Source of the DNA: Okamejei kenojei
Taxonomy: Eukaryota
Length of the DNA: 64,000 nucleotides
Direction: 5' to 3'
Assembly (NCBI GenBank): GCA_035221665.1
Contig: CM069131.1
Span: 22,878,001-22,942,000 of the forward strand
A model generated the notes under the pieces. That model saw nothing but the letters and a program-made list of their open reading frames with translations. It was not told where the DNA came from and did no database searches. Positions 63,368 to 64,000 of this stretch are shown one piece after another. Position 1 is the stretch's first letter; every line of letters begins with the position of its first letter. A program made the position numbers and the translations under genes.

Positions 63368-64000
63368 GCTTTGTGACATGACAATAAGAAATTAAGGAAA
63401 ACACAGTGTTCAAATGGACTTGCACAAATAATAACAAAACCAGAGTAAGTCCTCTACCCAGATTCACAACATCTACTGTACCAAAGAATGAAGGTATGGT
63501 ACAAATTATATCCACATTTGCAACCAAGCCAATCACATCTAAATCCACACAAAGTTAAACCAAGGAAGTTATTTAATGTTTTTCCAATACATTTCAACTG
63601 AAAGTTCTTTTTCAGATTTTACTTTATTGTTTAAGGCCTCAGATGATTAAAAAGGAACAGTATTTTATTGGAAATGTTGACTTCAAATTATAAACTGGTT
63701 TGAAAATTGATATTTTAAAAATGCTTATGGATAATTAAATATAGAAAGAGAGCTAGCATAATATGCTCCAACAGGGTAAGAACAAATATAATCCTGTTTT
63801 TGATAGTCACTGACGTATACATTCCTAAACTGTTCATTAACTCAGGTTATGTAAAAAATAATCTATCCATTAAAAAATAATAGATTCTACCTATTTTATG
63901 TCACCCAAATTAAAATAATTTTGGAGAAACCCACTAACATGTGAATGGTTGACGGTACTGCACGATGATAAATTTGATAGTTATGTAAGGAAATAATCTA

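Noticed and set aside
1-64000. CRISPR array or prokaryotic system
   Set aside because: No regularly spaced repeat-spacer array or operon; the sequence is vertebrate with spliceosomal intron structure

Overview
Vertebrate genomic DNA, most likely a cartilaginous fish (inferred from HE1-like tRNA SINEs and abundant CR1 LINEs). It contains one clear protein-coding gene, the two-exon class IV POU gene POU4F2/Brn-3b (+ strand, CDS 23652-23834 and 24135-25082). The gene sits in a broad CpG-retaining, AT-rich domain with several enhancer-like blocks. The rest is a layered mobile-element landscape: two Tc1 copies flanking the gene, four Harbinger-type MITEs with a shared TIR, a non-autonomous Helitron, a hAT element, a Hero-clade retrotransposon interrupted by an unclassified 1.5 kb TIR element, and CR1, Rex1 and RTE fragments. 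About 20 short Penelope-derived repeats carry a hammerhead-ribozyme-like core, several in head-to-head palindromes. There is one assembly gap (3608-3737). All family assignments are by eye; no searches were run.
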